From an uncultured bacterium (lineage in GTDB: Bacteria > Krumholzibacteriota > Krumholzibacteriia > Krumholzibacteriales > Krumholzibacteriaceae), in assembly GCA_963786935.1 (NCBI GenBank), contig CAWBAN010000001.1:640001-704000 (forward strand): a stretch of 64,000 nucleotides of DNA, read 5' to 3'. The notes beneath the pieces were generated by a model. The model saw only the letters and a list, made by a program, of their open reading frames with translations. It searched no databases and had not been told where the DNA came from. Shown here in pieces: positions 19,204-29,231 of this stretch (the first letter of the stretch is position 1; each line of letters opens with the position of its first letter). The translations under genes and the position numbers were made by a program.

Positions 19204-19740
19204 ATGAACGACGATGCGGACGCCATGAAGCTCGATCTCGATCGCGTCGAGAAGCGGTCGAACTTTTCGTTCGAGCGGACATTCGAGCTTCCGACGCCCG
19301 ACGGGGGAGCCGCGGAATGCGCCGCGGCGGCCGAGGTCGCCGTCACCAGATCGGTGAACCGCTACACGATCGAAGCGCGCGTGAAGGGGATCGTTCGCGT
19401 GGAGTGTAATCGCTGCCTCGAGCCCTTCGAACTGCCGCTTGAAACGTCGGTTACGGTCATCGTGAACCGGGGGGAGGCGTCGCCGCCCGTCGAGGACGAG
19501 GTGGACGACGTGGTGTCGGTTCCGCTCTCCGGGGAGGCGTCGTTCGACCTGTTCCCGCGGGTCCGGGAATCGCTCATTCTGGAGATGCCGATCAAGCTCC
19601 TGTGCCGCGAGGATTGCAAGGGCGTCTGCGTGAAATGCGGGGCGAATCTCAACGCCGGGGAGTGCGGATGCGATGCCCGGACCGGCGATCCGCGCTGGGG
19701 AGCCCTGAAAAAATTCTTGAATAGAGAGGATAAAACGTAA
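19204..19740 (+). CDS. yceD: YceD/DUF177 protein
   Basis: CNRCLE, LCREDCKGVCVKCGANLN, DPRWGALK; sits upstream of rpmF. Confidence 0.92.
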   Translation: MNDDADAMKLDLDRVEKRSNFSFERTFELPTPDGGAAECAAAAEVAVTRSVNRYTIEARVKGIVRVECNRCLEPFELPLETSVTVIVNRGEASPPVEDEVDDVVSVPLSGEASFDLFPRVRESLILEMPIKLLCREDCKGVCVKCGANLNAGECGCDARTGDPRWGALKKFLNREDKT

Positions 19741-19786
19741 ATATTTCCCCGAACCGGCATCGCGATACGAAACGAGGAGGAATCCC

Positions 19787-19978
19787 ATGGCAAATCCGAA
19801 ACATCGCCATTCAAAGACACGGGGACGGAAGCGGAGAACGCACTATAAGGCCGAAGCGCCGTCGCTCTCGCAGTGCTCCCACTGTCACCAGCCGAAACCG
19901 CCGCACACCGTGTGCCCGAATTGCGGGTACTACGCGGGCCGCGAGGTAGTCAAGCCGAAGGTCGAGGAAGGGAAATAG
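19787..19978 (+). CDS. rpmF: 50S ribosomal protein L32 (zinc-binding form)
   Basis: MANPKHRHSKTRGRKRRTH; CSHC...CPNCGYY. Confidence 0.97.
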   Translation: MANPKHRHSKTRGRKRRTHYKAEAPSLSQCSHCHQPKPPHTVCPNCGYYAGREVVKPKVEEGK

Positions 19979-19996
19979 CCTCGTCCCGGAGGACCC

Positions 19997-20992
19997 ATGA
20001 AAATCGCCCTCGATGCCATGGGCGGCGATAAGGCCCCGGTCGGAATCGTCGAAGGCGCGTTCGAAGCCGCGCGCGAGGCGTCCGAAAGGGTCGAAGTCGT
20101 CCTCGTCGGAAAACGCGACCTCCTCGAGGCGTATATCGGGGAGCGCCGTCTCGCGGCGCCCAACGTTGAGATCGTCGACGCGCCCGAGGTCGTCGAGATG
20201 TCGGAGAGCCCCGCCACGGCGATCCGCAGGAAGCGCGCTTCATCGATCGCGGTCGGGATGAATCTCCACCGGGAGGGGAAGGTCAAGGCCTTCGTGAGCG
20301 CGGGCAACACGGGGGCGGTCGTCGCGAGCTCCCTCCTCACGCTCGGCCGGCTCCCCGGCATCGAGCGCCCCGCGATCGCCATCCACATGCCGACCGAGGG
20401 CGGGAACACCGTCCTCATCGACGGCGGCGCGAATTCGGACTGCGATCCGCACAACCTGCTCCAGTTCGCCTTCATGGGATCGGTGTACGCCGAGACCTAT
20501 CATGGCACGAAGAATCCGCGCGTCGGGCTCCTCAGCATCGGCGAGGAACGGTCGAAGGGGAACGAGCTGACGCGCGCCTCGTACGAGCTTCTCGAGAAAA
20601 GCGGTCTCAATTTCGCGGGGAACGTCGAGGGGCGCGACGTTTTCTCGGGTGCGGCGGACGTCGTCGTGACGGACGGATTCGTCGGCAACGTCGTTTTGAA
20701 ATTTACAGAATCCATCATTTATTATATAAACACCCTCATCAGGGAGGAGACCGGCAAGCACGCGCTCGCGAAGATCGGCGCGGGGCTCATGCGGCCGGCC
20801 TTCCGGGGCGTCAAGCGCAAGCTCGACTACGCCGAGTACGGCGGCATGCCGCTCCTCGGGGTGAACGGCGTCGTCATCATCAGCCACGGGAAGAGCTCCG
20901 CGCGGGCCATCAAGAACGCGATATTGGCCGCCGAGCGATTCGTCGCGGGCGGCGTGAACGACAGGATTCGGCAGCAGATCGAGAGGTCGTAG
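19997..20992 (+). CDS. plsX: Phosphate acyltransferase PlsX
   Basis: IALDAMGGD, SAGNTGA, DGFVGNVVLK, HGKS. Confidence 0.96.
   Translation: MKIALDAMGGDKAPVGIVEGAFEAAREASERVEVVLVGKRDLLEAYIGERRLAAPNVEIVDAPEVVEMSESPATAIRRKRASSIAVGMNLHREGKVKAFVSAGNTGAVVASSLLTLGRLPGIERPAIAIHMPTEGGNTVLIDGGANSDCDPHNLLQFAFMGSVYAETYHGTKNPRVGLLSIGEERSKGNELTRASYELLEKSGLNFAGNVEGRDVFSGAADVVVTDGFVGNVVLKFTESIIYYINTLIREETGKHALAKIGAGLMRPAFRGVKRKLDYAEYGGMPLLGVNGVVIISHGKSSARAIKNAILAAERFVAGGVNDRIRQQIERS
20702..20730 (+). promoter_or_regulatory. Candidate internal sigma70 promoter in plsX for fabH-fabD-fabG
   Basis: TTTACA-N17-TATAAA in a sharp AT-rich patch within a GC-rich CDS. Confidence 0.5.
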
Positions 20993-20994
20993 CG

Positions 20995-21993
20995 ATGATC
21001 CCCACGGGCGGGCACGGGAGCGCGAGATTCGCCGGCATGGGCTATTATCTGCCCGAGACCGTGCTGTCCAATTTCGATCTCGAGAAGATGGTCGACACCT
21101 CGGACGAGTGGATCGTCACGAGGACCGGCATCCGGGAGCGGAGAATCGCGAAGCCCGAGGAGGCGGCGAGCGATCTCGCGATCAGGGCCGCGCGCGACGC
21201 GATGGCCGATGCGGGGGTCGGGGCGGGAGACATCGATCTCATCATCGTGGGGACCGCGACTGCGGATTACCCGTTTCCGTCGACGGCCACCGTTCTGCAG
21301 GACCTGATCGGCGCGAAGGACGCGGCCGCGTTCGACGTGGTGGCCGCCTGTTCGGGATTCATCTACGCGATGACGGTCGCTCAAACGATGATCAGCGCGG
21401 GCAAATCGCGTCGCGCGCTCGTCATCGGGGTGGAGACGCTCTCGCGGATCATCGACTACACGGACCGGACCACGTGCGTCCTCTTCGGGGACGGCGCCGG
21501 CGCCGTCGTCATGGAGCCGTGCGAGGCGGGGGACGGGATCCTCGCCACGTTCATGAAGAGCGACGGGAGCTACGCCGATCTTTTGTATCAGCCGGCGGGG
21601 GGGTCGCGGACGCCGCTGACCGAGGAGCGCATCAGGAACCGTGAGCAGTACGTGAAGATGAAGGGGGACGGCCTCTTCAAATACGCGGTCCGCGCCATGG
21701 TCGACGCGGGGGAGGCGGTGCTCACGGAGGCGAACATGAAGATCTCCGACGTCGATTTCGTCGTGCCGCACCAGGCGAATCTGCGGATCATCGAAGGGGT
21801 CCGGACGAGGCTCGGCGTGCCGCCGGAGAAGGTCATCATCAACATAGACCGTGTCGGGAACACGAGCTCCGCGAGCATTCCGATCGCGCTCTGCGAGGCG
21901 AGGGACAAAGGCATCATCAAGCGCGGCGACCGTGTCCTCATGGTCGCCTTCGGCGGCGGGCTCACGTGGGGGGCCGCGCTGCTCAAGTATTGA
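20995..21993 (+). CDS. fabH: 3-oxoacyl-ACP synthase III
   Basis: DTSDEWIVTRTGI, AACSGF, PHQAN, GNTSSAS, FGGGLTWG. Confidence 0.97.
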   Translation: MIPTGGHGSARFAGMGYYLPETVLSNFDLEKMVDTSDEWIVTRTGIRERRIAKPEEAASDLAIRAARDAMADAGVGAGDIDLIIVGTATADYPFPSTATVLQDLIGAKDAAAFDVVAACSGFIYAMTVAQTMISAGKSRRALVIGVETLSRIIDYTDRTTCVLFGDGAGAVVMEPCEAGDGILATFMKSDGSYADLLYQPAGGSRTPLTEERIRNREQYVKMKGDGLFKYAVRAMVDAGEAVLTEANMKISDVDFVVPHQANLRIIEGVRTRLGVPPEKVIINIDRVGNTSSASIPIALCEARDKGIIKRGDRVLMVAFGGGLTWGAALLKY

Positions 21994-22018
21994 CCGATCG
22001 AACACGAAGGATTTCGCC

Positions 22019-22960
22019 ATGACGAAGGCGGCGTTTCTGTTTCCGGGGCAGGGTTCCCAGTACGTGGGCATGGGGAAGGATCTCTCGGCGTCCTATCCGC
22101 GGGCGCGGGAGCTCTACGAGGAGGCCGACGAGATTCTCGGCGTTCCGATATCGCGCATCTCATTCGAGGGGGACGCCGAAACGCTCACGGCGACGAAGAA
22201 CGCCCAGCCGGCGCTCCTGCTCCACAGCGTCGTCGTGGCCCGCATCCTGCGCGAGGAGGCCGGGGTCGAGCCGGCGATCGTCGCGGGGCACAGCCTCGGC
22301 GAATATTCCGCGCTCGTGGCGGCGAACGCCCTCGACGAGATGGACGCCCTGCGGATCGTGCGAAAACGCGGCGAGCTCATGTACGAGGCGGGAGTGCGGC
22401 AGCCGGGAACCATGGCGGCGATCATCGGGCTCGAGCGGCCCGACGTCGAGGACGTATGCCGCGAGTCCTCGCTCGGCGGCGATATCGTCGTCGTTGCCAA
22501 CGTCAATTCGCCGGGGCAGATCGTCGTTTCGGGGAATATCGACGCGGTCGGGAGGGCGTGCGCGGCGGCGCAGGCCCGCGGCGCCAAGAAAACGATCCCG
22601 CTCAAGGTGAGCGGCGCGTTTCATTCGCCGCTCGTCGCGGGCGCGCAGCGGGAGCTCGTCGATTACATCACGGGGTTCGCGGTCCGGGACGCGTCGGTCG
22701 GCGTCGTCTGCAACGCGGACGCGAAGATCGTTTCCCGGAAGGACGAGATCGTCGACGCGCTCTCGCGGCAGCTCACGAGCCCGGTGCTCTGGTCCGATTC
22801 GATGGCGGTGCTCCTCTCGTCGTGGAGCGGACCCGTTCTGGAGATCGGGCCGGGCAAGGTGCTCGCGGGACTCCTGAAGCGGATCGACGGCGCGCGTCCG
22901 GTGCAGTCGATCGGCACGGCGGAGGAGCTCGGACGAAGCCTCGCGGGCGAAGCGGCGTGA
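22019..22960 (+). CDS. fabD: Malonyl-CoA:ACP transacylase
   Basis: FPGQGSQ, GHSLGEY, VSGAFHS, EIGPGKVL. Confidence 0.97.
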   Translation: MTKAAFLFPGQGSQYVGMGKDLSASYPRARELYEEADEILGVPISRISFEGDAETLTATKNAQPALLLHSVVVARILREEAGVEPAIVAGHSLGEYSALVAANALDEMDALRIVRKRGELMYEAGVRQPGTMAAIIGLERPDVEDVCRESSLGGDIVVVANVNSPGQIVVSGNIDAVGRACAAAQARGAKKTIPLKVSGAFHSPLVAGAQRELVDYITGFAVRDASVGVVCNADAKIVSRKDEIVDALSRQLTSPVLWSDSMAVLLSSWSGPVLEIGPGKVLAGLLKRIDGARPVQSIGTAEELGRSLAGEAA

Positions 22961-23009
22961 CCGGCGCGTCCGGCCATCGGGCCGGTCTGCCGCGGCGATG
23001 AGGAGCGAT

Positions 23010-23756
23010 ATGGTGAATCTCGAGGGCAAAACGGCGCTCATAACCGGGGCGGGGCAGGGTATCGGCCGCGATATCGCGGCCACGCTCGCCGCCGCGGGGG
23101 CCGATATCGCGGCTCTCGACGTCAATCTCGAGGGCGCGGAGGCGACGGCGAAGCTCGTGCGGGAGCAGGGCCGGAAGAGCGTCGCGCTCGCCTGCGACGT
23201 TTCGATCGCGGCGGACGTCGACCGCTGTGTCGCCGAAGCGCTCGAGGGGCGCGATCAGATCCATATTCTCGTGAACAACGCGGGAATCGCGCGGGACAAT
23301 CTTCTCATCCGCATGAGCGACGCGGAGTGGGAGAGCGTGATGAAGGTCAACCTCACCGGCACCTTCAACGTCACGAAGGCGGTGTCCCGTTCGATGATAA
23401 AGAAACGGTTCGGACGGATCGTGAACATCTCTTCCGTGATCGGGGTGATGGGGAACGCGGGGCAGTGCAACTACGCGGCGAGCAAAGCGGGAATCATCGG
23501 ATTCACGCGGGCCGTCGCGAAGGAGCTCGCGGGGAGAAACATCAATGTGAACGCCATTGCGCCGGGCTTCATCGAAACGGCGATGACGGCCGCGCTGCCG
23601 CAGGAACGGCAGGAGGATATGCGGCGGCTCATTCCGCTCGGGAGGTTCGGCTCCGGAGCGGATGTCGCGAACGTCGTGCTCTTCCTCTGCTCCGATCTCG
23701 GCAGCTACGTCACGGGGCAGGTCATCCACTGCGACGGCGGAATGGTGATGGCGTGA
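23010..23756 (+). CDS. fabG: 3-oxoacyl-ACP reductase
   Basis: TGAGQGIG, NNAGI, YAASK; AGGAG RBS before ATG 23010. Confidence 0.96.
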   Translation: MVNLEGKTALITGAGQGIGRDIAATLAAAGADIAALDVNLEGAEATAKLVREQGRKSVALACDVSIAADVDRCVAEALEGRDQIHILVNNAGIARDNLLIRMSDAEWESVMKVNLTGTFNVTKAVSRSMIKKRFGRIVNISSVIGVMGNAGQCNYAASKAGIIGFTRAVAKELAGRNINVNAIAPGFIETAMTAALPQERQEDMRRLIPLGRFGSGADVANVVLFLCSDLGSYVTGQVIHCDGGMVMA

Positions 23757-23786
23757 GAAACCGGTAAGAAGGAGGTCAGGAACGCA

Positions 23787-24026
23787 ATGACTATCGAAGA
23801 ACGGGTCAAGAAGGTCATCGAAGAGCAGCTGTCGGTCAACCAGGATCAGATCACGCGTGAAGCGTCGTTCATCGACGATCTCGGCGCCGATTCGCTCGAC
23901 ACGGTCGAGCTCGTTATGGCGCTCGAGGAGGAGTTCGGCATCGAGATTCCGGACGACGAAGCGGAGAAGATAACGAAGGTGGGAGAGGCGATCGATTACA
24001 TCACCTCCCACGGATCCAAGGAATAA
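23787..24026 (+). CDS. acpP: Acyl carrier protein
   Basis: [14 protein letters not shown]. Confidence 0.98.
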   Translation: MTIEERVKKVIEEQLSVNQDQITREASFIDDLGADSLDTVELVMALEEEFGIEIPDDEAEKITKVGEAIDYITSHGSKE

Positions 24027-24070
24027 CCGGCCCGGGTTCGCCTCCCGGCGTTCGCACAAAAGGGGGTACC

Positions 24071-25312
24071 ATGTCCGCGGACACGAGAAGGGTGGTCGTC
24101 ACCGGCATGGGTCTCGTGGCTCCGTGCGGGTCCACCGTCGCGGAGAACTGGGAGAACATTGCGGCCGGAACCTCGGGCCTCGCGCGCATCACGGCGTTCG
24201 ACGTGAGCGCGTACGACACGAAGATCGGGGGAGAGGTCAAGAACTTCGATCCCGAACGGTACATCGACCGGAAGGAAGCCCGCCGGATGGACCGCTCCGT
24301 CCAGCTCGCCCTCGCCGCCGCGGCCGAGGCCATGGCGGGGCTCGAGGGCGCCTATGAGGCCGAGCGTTTCGGGACGATCATCGGCTCGGGCATCGGCGGC
24401 ATCCTGACGTTCGAAGCGCAGCATTCGGTGCTCGTAGAGAGAGGGCCCTCGCGCATCAGCCCCTTTTTCATCCCGATGATGATCTCGGACATGGCCGCGG
24501 GACAGGTCTCGATCAAATACGGCCTCAAGGGCCCGAACTTCGGGACGGTTTCGGCGTGCGCCTCGGGCGGTCACGCGATCTGCGACGCGTTCATGTACAT
24601 CAGGAGCGGCTTCGCCGACGCGATCCTGACCGGCGGCACCGAGGCGACGATCTCGCCGATGGCGCTCGGGGGATTCTGCTCGATGAAGGCGCTCTCCACG
24701 AGGAACGACGAGCCCGAGCGGGCGAGCCGCCCGTTCGATCGCGACCGCGACGGCTTCGTCATGTCCGAGGGGTCCGGCCTCGTCGTGCTCGAGGAGCTCG
24801 AGCGCGCGAAGGCCCGCGGGGCGGCGATCCTCGCCGAGATCGCCGGCATCGGGCTCAGCGGCGACGCCTATCACATCACGACGCCGGTGCCCGGCGGCGC
24901 GGGCGCCGCGAACGCCATGAAGCAAGCGCTTTGGAGCGCCGGCGTGGCCCCCGAACGGATCGATTACATCAACGCGCACGGCACGTCGACGGCGTACAAC
25001 GACAAGACGGAGTCTGACGCCATCGCCGGCGTGTTCGGGGCGCACGCGCGGAAGGTGCGGGTGAGCTCGACGAAATCGACGCACGGGCATCTCCTCGGCG
25101 CCGCCGCGGCGATCGAGCTCATCACGTGCGTCAAGGCGATCGGCGCGGGGATCATTCCGCCGACGGCGAACCTTGACAATCCGGATCCCGAATGCCCGCT
25201 CAACCACGTGCCCAAGGTCGCCGTCAAGCAGGATCTCGCGTACGTGATGAGCAACTCCTTCGGGTTCGGAGGGCACAACGTGAGCATCGTGCTCAAGAGG
25301 TACGAGTCGTAG
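24071..25312 (+). CDS. fabF: 3-oxoacyl-ACP synthase II
   Basis: SACASG, NAHGTST, GHLLGA, SFGFGGHN. Confidence 0.97.
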   Translation: MSADTRRVVVTGMGLVAPCGSTVAENWENIAAGTSGLARITAFDVSAYDTKIGGEVKNFDPERYIDRKEARRMDRSVQLALAAAAEAMAGLEGAYEAERFGTIIGSGIGGILTFEAQHSVLVERGPSRISPFFIPMMISDMAAGQVSIKYGLKGPNFGTVSACASGGHAICDAFMYIRSGFADAILTGGTEATISPMALGGFCSMKALSTRNDEPERASRPFDRDRDGFVMSEGSGLVVLEELERAKARGAAILAEIAGIGLSGDAYHITTPVPGGAGAANAMKQALWSAGVAPERIDYINAHGTSTAYNDKTESDAIAGVFGAHARKVRVSSTKSTHGHLLGAAAAIELITCVKAIGAGIIPPTANLDNPDPECPLNHVPKVAVKQDLAYVMSNSFGFGGHNVSIVLKRYES

Positions 25313-25334
25313 AGCGGCCAGGGAGCCCGCGCGC

Positions 25335-26087
25335 ATGAAACGGATTCTCGATGGAATCAGGCGGCTGTTCCGCAGGGGCGGAGACGGCGGCGCGAGCTTT
25401 CCCGAGCTCGAGCTCCTGATCGGCTATCATTTCCTCTCCCGCGAACGGCTCGTCGAGTCGCTCACGCACCGTTCGACCCTCGGCGACCTCAAGCCGGGCA
25501 TGGAGCGCATCTCGTACGAGCGCCTCGAGTTCCTCGGCGATTCGGTGCTGTCGCTCGTGACGAGCGATTTTCTCATGCGGAACTTTCCGGAGGAGAACGA
25601 GGGCCAGCTCACGAAGAAGAAATCGCTCCTCGTGAGCAAGGGCGTCCTGTCGAAGAAGGCGGACGAGATCGGCATCAAGCCGTTCATCATCCTGAGCGAG
25701 AGCGCCGAGCGCGGCGGGGTGGCCGATCAAGACTCCGTGCTGACCGCCGCACTCGAGGCGATCATCGGAGCGATCTATCTCGACGGCGGCTTCGAGCGCG
25801 CGCGCAGCTTCATTGAAGACAAGATCCTCTGCGACATCGAGGAGTTCCTCGAGCACCGCGATCACGTCAATTTCAAGAGCGTTCTCCAGGAGTGGGTCCA
25901 GTCCAAGTACCACAGCTATCCGCGGTACATCGTCAAATCCACGACGGGTCCCGAGCACGATAAGATCTTCATCATCGAGGTGCGGGTCGCCGGGAAGCCG
26001 GTCGGCAAGGGGCGGGGCAAGAGCAAGAAGGATGCCGAGCAGATGGCGGCCAAGGAAGCGCTGCACGCCCTGCGAAAGATCCATTAG
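25335..26087 (+). CDS. rnc: Ribonuclease III
   Basis: ERLEFLGDSVL and a C-terminal dsRBD (SKKDAEQMAA). Confidence 0.97.
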   Translation: MKRILDGIRRLFRRGGDGGASFPELELLIGYHFLSRERLVESLTHRSTLGDLKPGMERISYERLEFLGDSVLSLVTSDFLMRNFPEENEGQLTKKKSLLVSKGVLSKKADEIGIKPFIILSESAERGGVADQDSVLTAALEAIIGAIYLDGGFERARSFIEDKILCDIEEFLEHRDHVNFKSVLQEWVQSKYHSYPRYIVKSTTGPEHDKIFIIEVRVAGKPVGKGRGKSKKDAEQMAAKEALHALRKIH

Positions 26088-26101
26088 GAGGAATCCCGGC
26101 A

Positions 26102-26587
26102 GTGGCCATCAAAAAGGCGACCCAGGTGCCGTTCGCCTTCGGCGGGGCGCCCGAGGCGTTCTGCGCCGAATGCAAGCTTCCCTGCAATCTCGAGGAAATG
26201 AGCGTCGACTGCCACCGGCGGTTTTTTCTGCACGGCCTCACGTTCTGCTCCTATTTCGTCCACGGGTATTGTTTCCTGATCGACGTGCCGGGGTGCGTGT
26301 TCGACAACGGCGGCCGGCATGACGAGTATTGGCTCCACCTGCTCCGCGAGTACTTTCACAACGTCGGCGGGGCGGAGGAGAGCGGCGAGTACCGGAAGCG
26401 CCGCGACGAAGCCATCGCGCTCATCGCCGGCCAGATCGAAAACCGCGCCGTGCATCTCTGCCGGTACCTGGAAGAGTACTACAGCGTGATCATGGGAACG
26501 GGGGGCGGGCTCTCCGAGGACATGCTCTCGCGTCTCGACGAGGCGTATCTTTCCCTCCTCAGGGGCATCACGCGAAAACCTGACTGA
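26102..26587 (+). CDS. Hypothetical Cys/His-rich protein
   Basis: AGGAGG RBS and GTG start; host-like codon usage; fills the gap after rnc. Confidence 0.7.
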   Translation: MAIKKATQVPFAFGGAPEAFCAECKLPCNLEEMSVDCHRRFFLHGLTFCSYFVHGYCFLIDVPGCVFDNGGRHDEYWLHLLREYFHNVGGAEESGEYRKRRDEAIALIAGQIENRAVHLCRYLEEYYSVIMGTGGGLSEDMLSRLDEAYLSLLRGITRKPD

Positions 26588-26634
26588 CGCGCGACCGGCG
26601 CGGGCGAATCCCCAGCGATCGACGGCTATATCGT

Positions 26635-26663
26635 TTGCCCGGCCGGTCGCGCTTGGGTATAAT
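26635..26663 (+). promoter_or_regulatory. sigma70-type promoter
   Basis: TTGCCC-N17-TATAAT upstream of the TPR gene. Confidence 0.6.
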
Positions 26664-26689
26664 TGATGAGGAGTCGAAAGGAACGCGCC

Positions 26690-28408
26690 ATGCGGAAACG
26701 TCTCATGATCGTCCTCGTCGCGTCGCTGTGCGTCATCCCGGCCGTCGGCGCGCGCGCGCAGACGGACTACGACCAGAGCGCGCTCATCGCGTATCTCAAG
26801 GGCATCTACCTCGAATCCGAGGATTACTTCGCCGACGCATATCAGTATTACCTCTACGCGGCCGCCCGCGATTCGGGAAACGCGCGCATCCTGCTCCGGC
26901 TTTCGAAGGTCGCGCTCCGGATCGGCGAGCTCGAAGCGGCGAAGACGTACAGCGGGGATCTCATCGCGCGGGGAGCGTACCTCGGCGACGCGCGATCGGT
27001 GCTCGCCGAAACCGAATACCGGCTCGGCAACAAGGAGGTCGCGCTCACGCTCCTCGAAACGCTCCGGGGCGACGCGGACGTCCCCCTGTTCCCGATTCTC
27101 AAGTTTCTCGCCAAGATACATCTCGAGCTCAACAAGGTCGATGAGGCGCGGCGGGATCTCCGCGAGGCGAGCGCGCTCCCCGAGGCCGATTTCTACGTGT
27201 GGTACGAGCTCGGGCTCCTCGAAGCCGATGCGGGGCGAACCGGCGAGGCGATCGAGGCGCTCGCCCGCGCGATCGAGATGGATCCGGACTACGCGAACGC
27301 GCACGTGGCGCGCGCCCGGCTCTTCAAGGGCGCGGGCCGCACCGCCGAGGCGGAGCGGGAATACCGCGAGGTCCTGCGGCTCGAGCCCGCCAACCGGGAG
27401 GCGCTCGACGGCATCGGCGAGATCCTGTTCACGGAGCGGCGGTTCGACGACGGGGTGGCGCTGCTGGCGCCGCTGCACGAGAAAGGATCGCTCGACGAGC
27501 GGGGCGAGCTCGTGTACGGGAGATTCCTCCACAAGGCCGGCAAGAACGAGCAGGCGCTCGCCGTCTTCGGCGAGCTCATGAAAACGATGGGAGAGCGCCC
27601 CGCGCTGCTGCGGGTTCTCTCCGAGATGGAGATCGAGGAGGGGCGCTTCCGGACCGCCTGCGATCATCTGAAGCGGCTCGTCGAGCTCGAGCCGGACCGC
27701 TTCGACAACTACATCGGCCTGCTCCTCATTTTCTATCGCGCCGTCGACGGGCCGTCCGGACCGGACGAAGCGGTCGAGGCGACGGACGCCGAGCGCCGGG
27801 AGTACCTCGCGAAGGCCGTGTCGCTCGCGTCGGACGACACCCCGGAGGACTATTTCCTGCTCGGCTCCATTCTGCGCAAGGGAGGGGAGGCGGCGGAGGC
27901 GGAACGTCTCCTCTTGAAGGCCGAACGGCTCGACCCGAAGAACGAGAACGTGGCGCTCGAGCTCGCCGCGCTCTACGGGCATGAAGGCCGGTTCGACGAC
28001 GCCCTCGCGCGCGTCGTGCCGCTGTACGAGAAGGATCAGGAGAATCCGACGCTCGCGAATCTCTACGGGTATCTCCTCGCGGAGAAGGGCGTGAAGCTCG
28101 ATGTGGCGGAGTCGCTCCTCGGCAAGGCGCTCGGCAGCGAACCGGAGAACGGGTATTTCCTCGACAGCCTCGGGTGGATACGCTTCAAGCAGGGGCAGTA
28201 TCGCGAGGCGCGCGACGTGTTTCTCAGGGCGATCGACCGCGTGTCGGACGACGCGGTGATATGGGAGCATCTCGGCGATACGTACCTCCGGATGAACGAG
28301 CGGGGGAAAGCGCTCGACGCGTACGAGAAAGCGCTCGCCATCGATCCCGCGGCGAAGAGCGCGGGCGAGAAGGCGGGAAGGCTCAGGAACGATGAGAGCA
28401 ATCGGTAA
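26690..28408 (+). CDS. Exported tetratricopeptide repeat protein
   Basis: Signal peptide (ARA-Q), many TPR helices, NLYGYLLAE...FLDSLGWI...WEHLGDTY. Confidence 0.9.
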   Translation: MRKRLMIVLVASLCVIPAVGARAQTDYDQSALIAYLKGIYLESEDYFADAYQYYLYAAARDSGNARILLRLSKVALRIGELEAAKTYSGDLIARGAYLGDARSVLAETEYRLGNKEVALTLLETLRGDADVPLFPILKFLAKIHLELNKVDEARRDLREASALPEADFYVWYELGLLEADAGRTGEAIEALARAIEMDPDYANAHVARARLFKGAGRTAEAEREYREVLRLEPANREALDGIGEILFTERRFDDGVALLAPLHEKGSLDERGELVYGRFLHKAGKNEQALAVFGELMKTMGERPALLRVLSEMEIEEGRFRTACDHLKRLVELEPDRFDNYIGLLLIFYRAVDGPSGPDEAVEATDAERREYLAKAVSLASDDTPEDYFLLGSILRKGGEAAEAERLLLKAERLDPKNENVALELAALYGHEGRFDDALARVVPLYEKDQENPTLANLYGYLLAEKGVKLDVAESLLGKALGSEPENGYFLDSLGWIRFKQGQYREARDVFLRAIDRVSDDAVIWEHLGDTYLRMNERGKALDAYEKALAIDPAAKSAGEKAGRLRNDESNR

Positions 28409-29161
28409 AGGTGCGGCGGCCTTCGGGATCGCCGCGGCCATCGCGCTCGTGCAGTCGTGCGCGTCGCTCGGGCCGCGCCGCGCCGAGGTTCCCTGCGACG
28501 AACGCTTCGAGGCATCCCTGTCTCCGGTGAAGCCGGGAGAGGGGATCGAGGTCGTCGGCACCATTCGCGCGGAGCTTCCCCGCTACCGGATCCGGGGGAT
28601 CGCGCGGATCGCCTATTCCCCCGAGGAAGGGGCCGCCCGGATCGATTTCAGGCATTCGAGCCTCTTCGGCGCCGTCGAGGAGGAGGTCACCCTCCTCGTC
28701 GGCGACAGCCTCGTCATACACGAACCCGAAAACGGCAGATTCATCGGCAACGATTCGTCGCTCGCGCTCGTACGGGAAGAGACGGGCTGCGAGATCGCGC
28801 CGGACGATATTCTCGCCGTGCTGCTGTTCGCGCCCCCGCGCTGCGCCGCCATGGAATCTCCCGTCGCCGAGGGCGGGGGCGAGGATTGGCGGCTGCGCGC
28901 GCGCTGGAGAGGCCGGCGCATCGAGATGCGGGGAGAGAATGACCGGGGGATCACGGAATTCAAGCTGTGCTTCGGGGGGGCGCCGGCTGCTACACGATCT
29001 CGTACGGCGAGCCGATGATCGTATCGGGACTGTCGTATCCCCGCTGGATGCGGATGAAGCGCGAAGGCGGCGCGGAACGGATAACATTCGATCTTGTTGA
29101 TATTAAAGCGATTACAGTGATGCAGGGCATGCTCGAAACGGAAGGGGCCGGGGAGCGATAG
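28392..29161 (+). CDS. Putative lipoprotein (LolB-like/DUF4292-like), frameshifted at a G7 run near 28974-28980
   Basis: Lipobox-like VQSC; beta-rich; continues in another frame as GAGCYTISYGEP...YPRWMRM to TAG 29161. Confidence 0.6.
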
Positions 29162-29201
29162 GGATGGCCGGCCGCGGTCTCGGGGCCGCGCGGACGCGGC
29201 G

Positions 29202-29226
29202 GGAACTTTTCCGAATACCGGGTGTT
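29202..29226 (+). promoter_or_regulatory. Candidate ECF-sigma promoter upstream of the sigma gene
   Basis: GGAAC(TT)-N17-GTT, ending 5 nt before ATG 29232. Confidence 0.55.
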
Positions 29227-29231
29227 GAATT

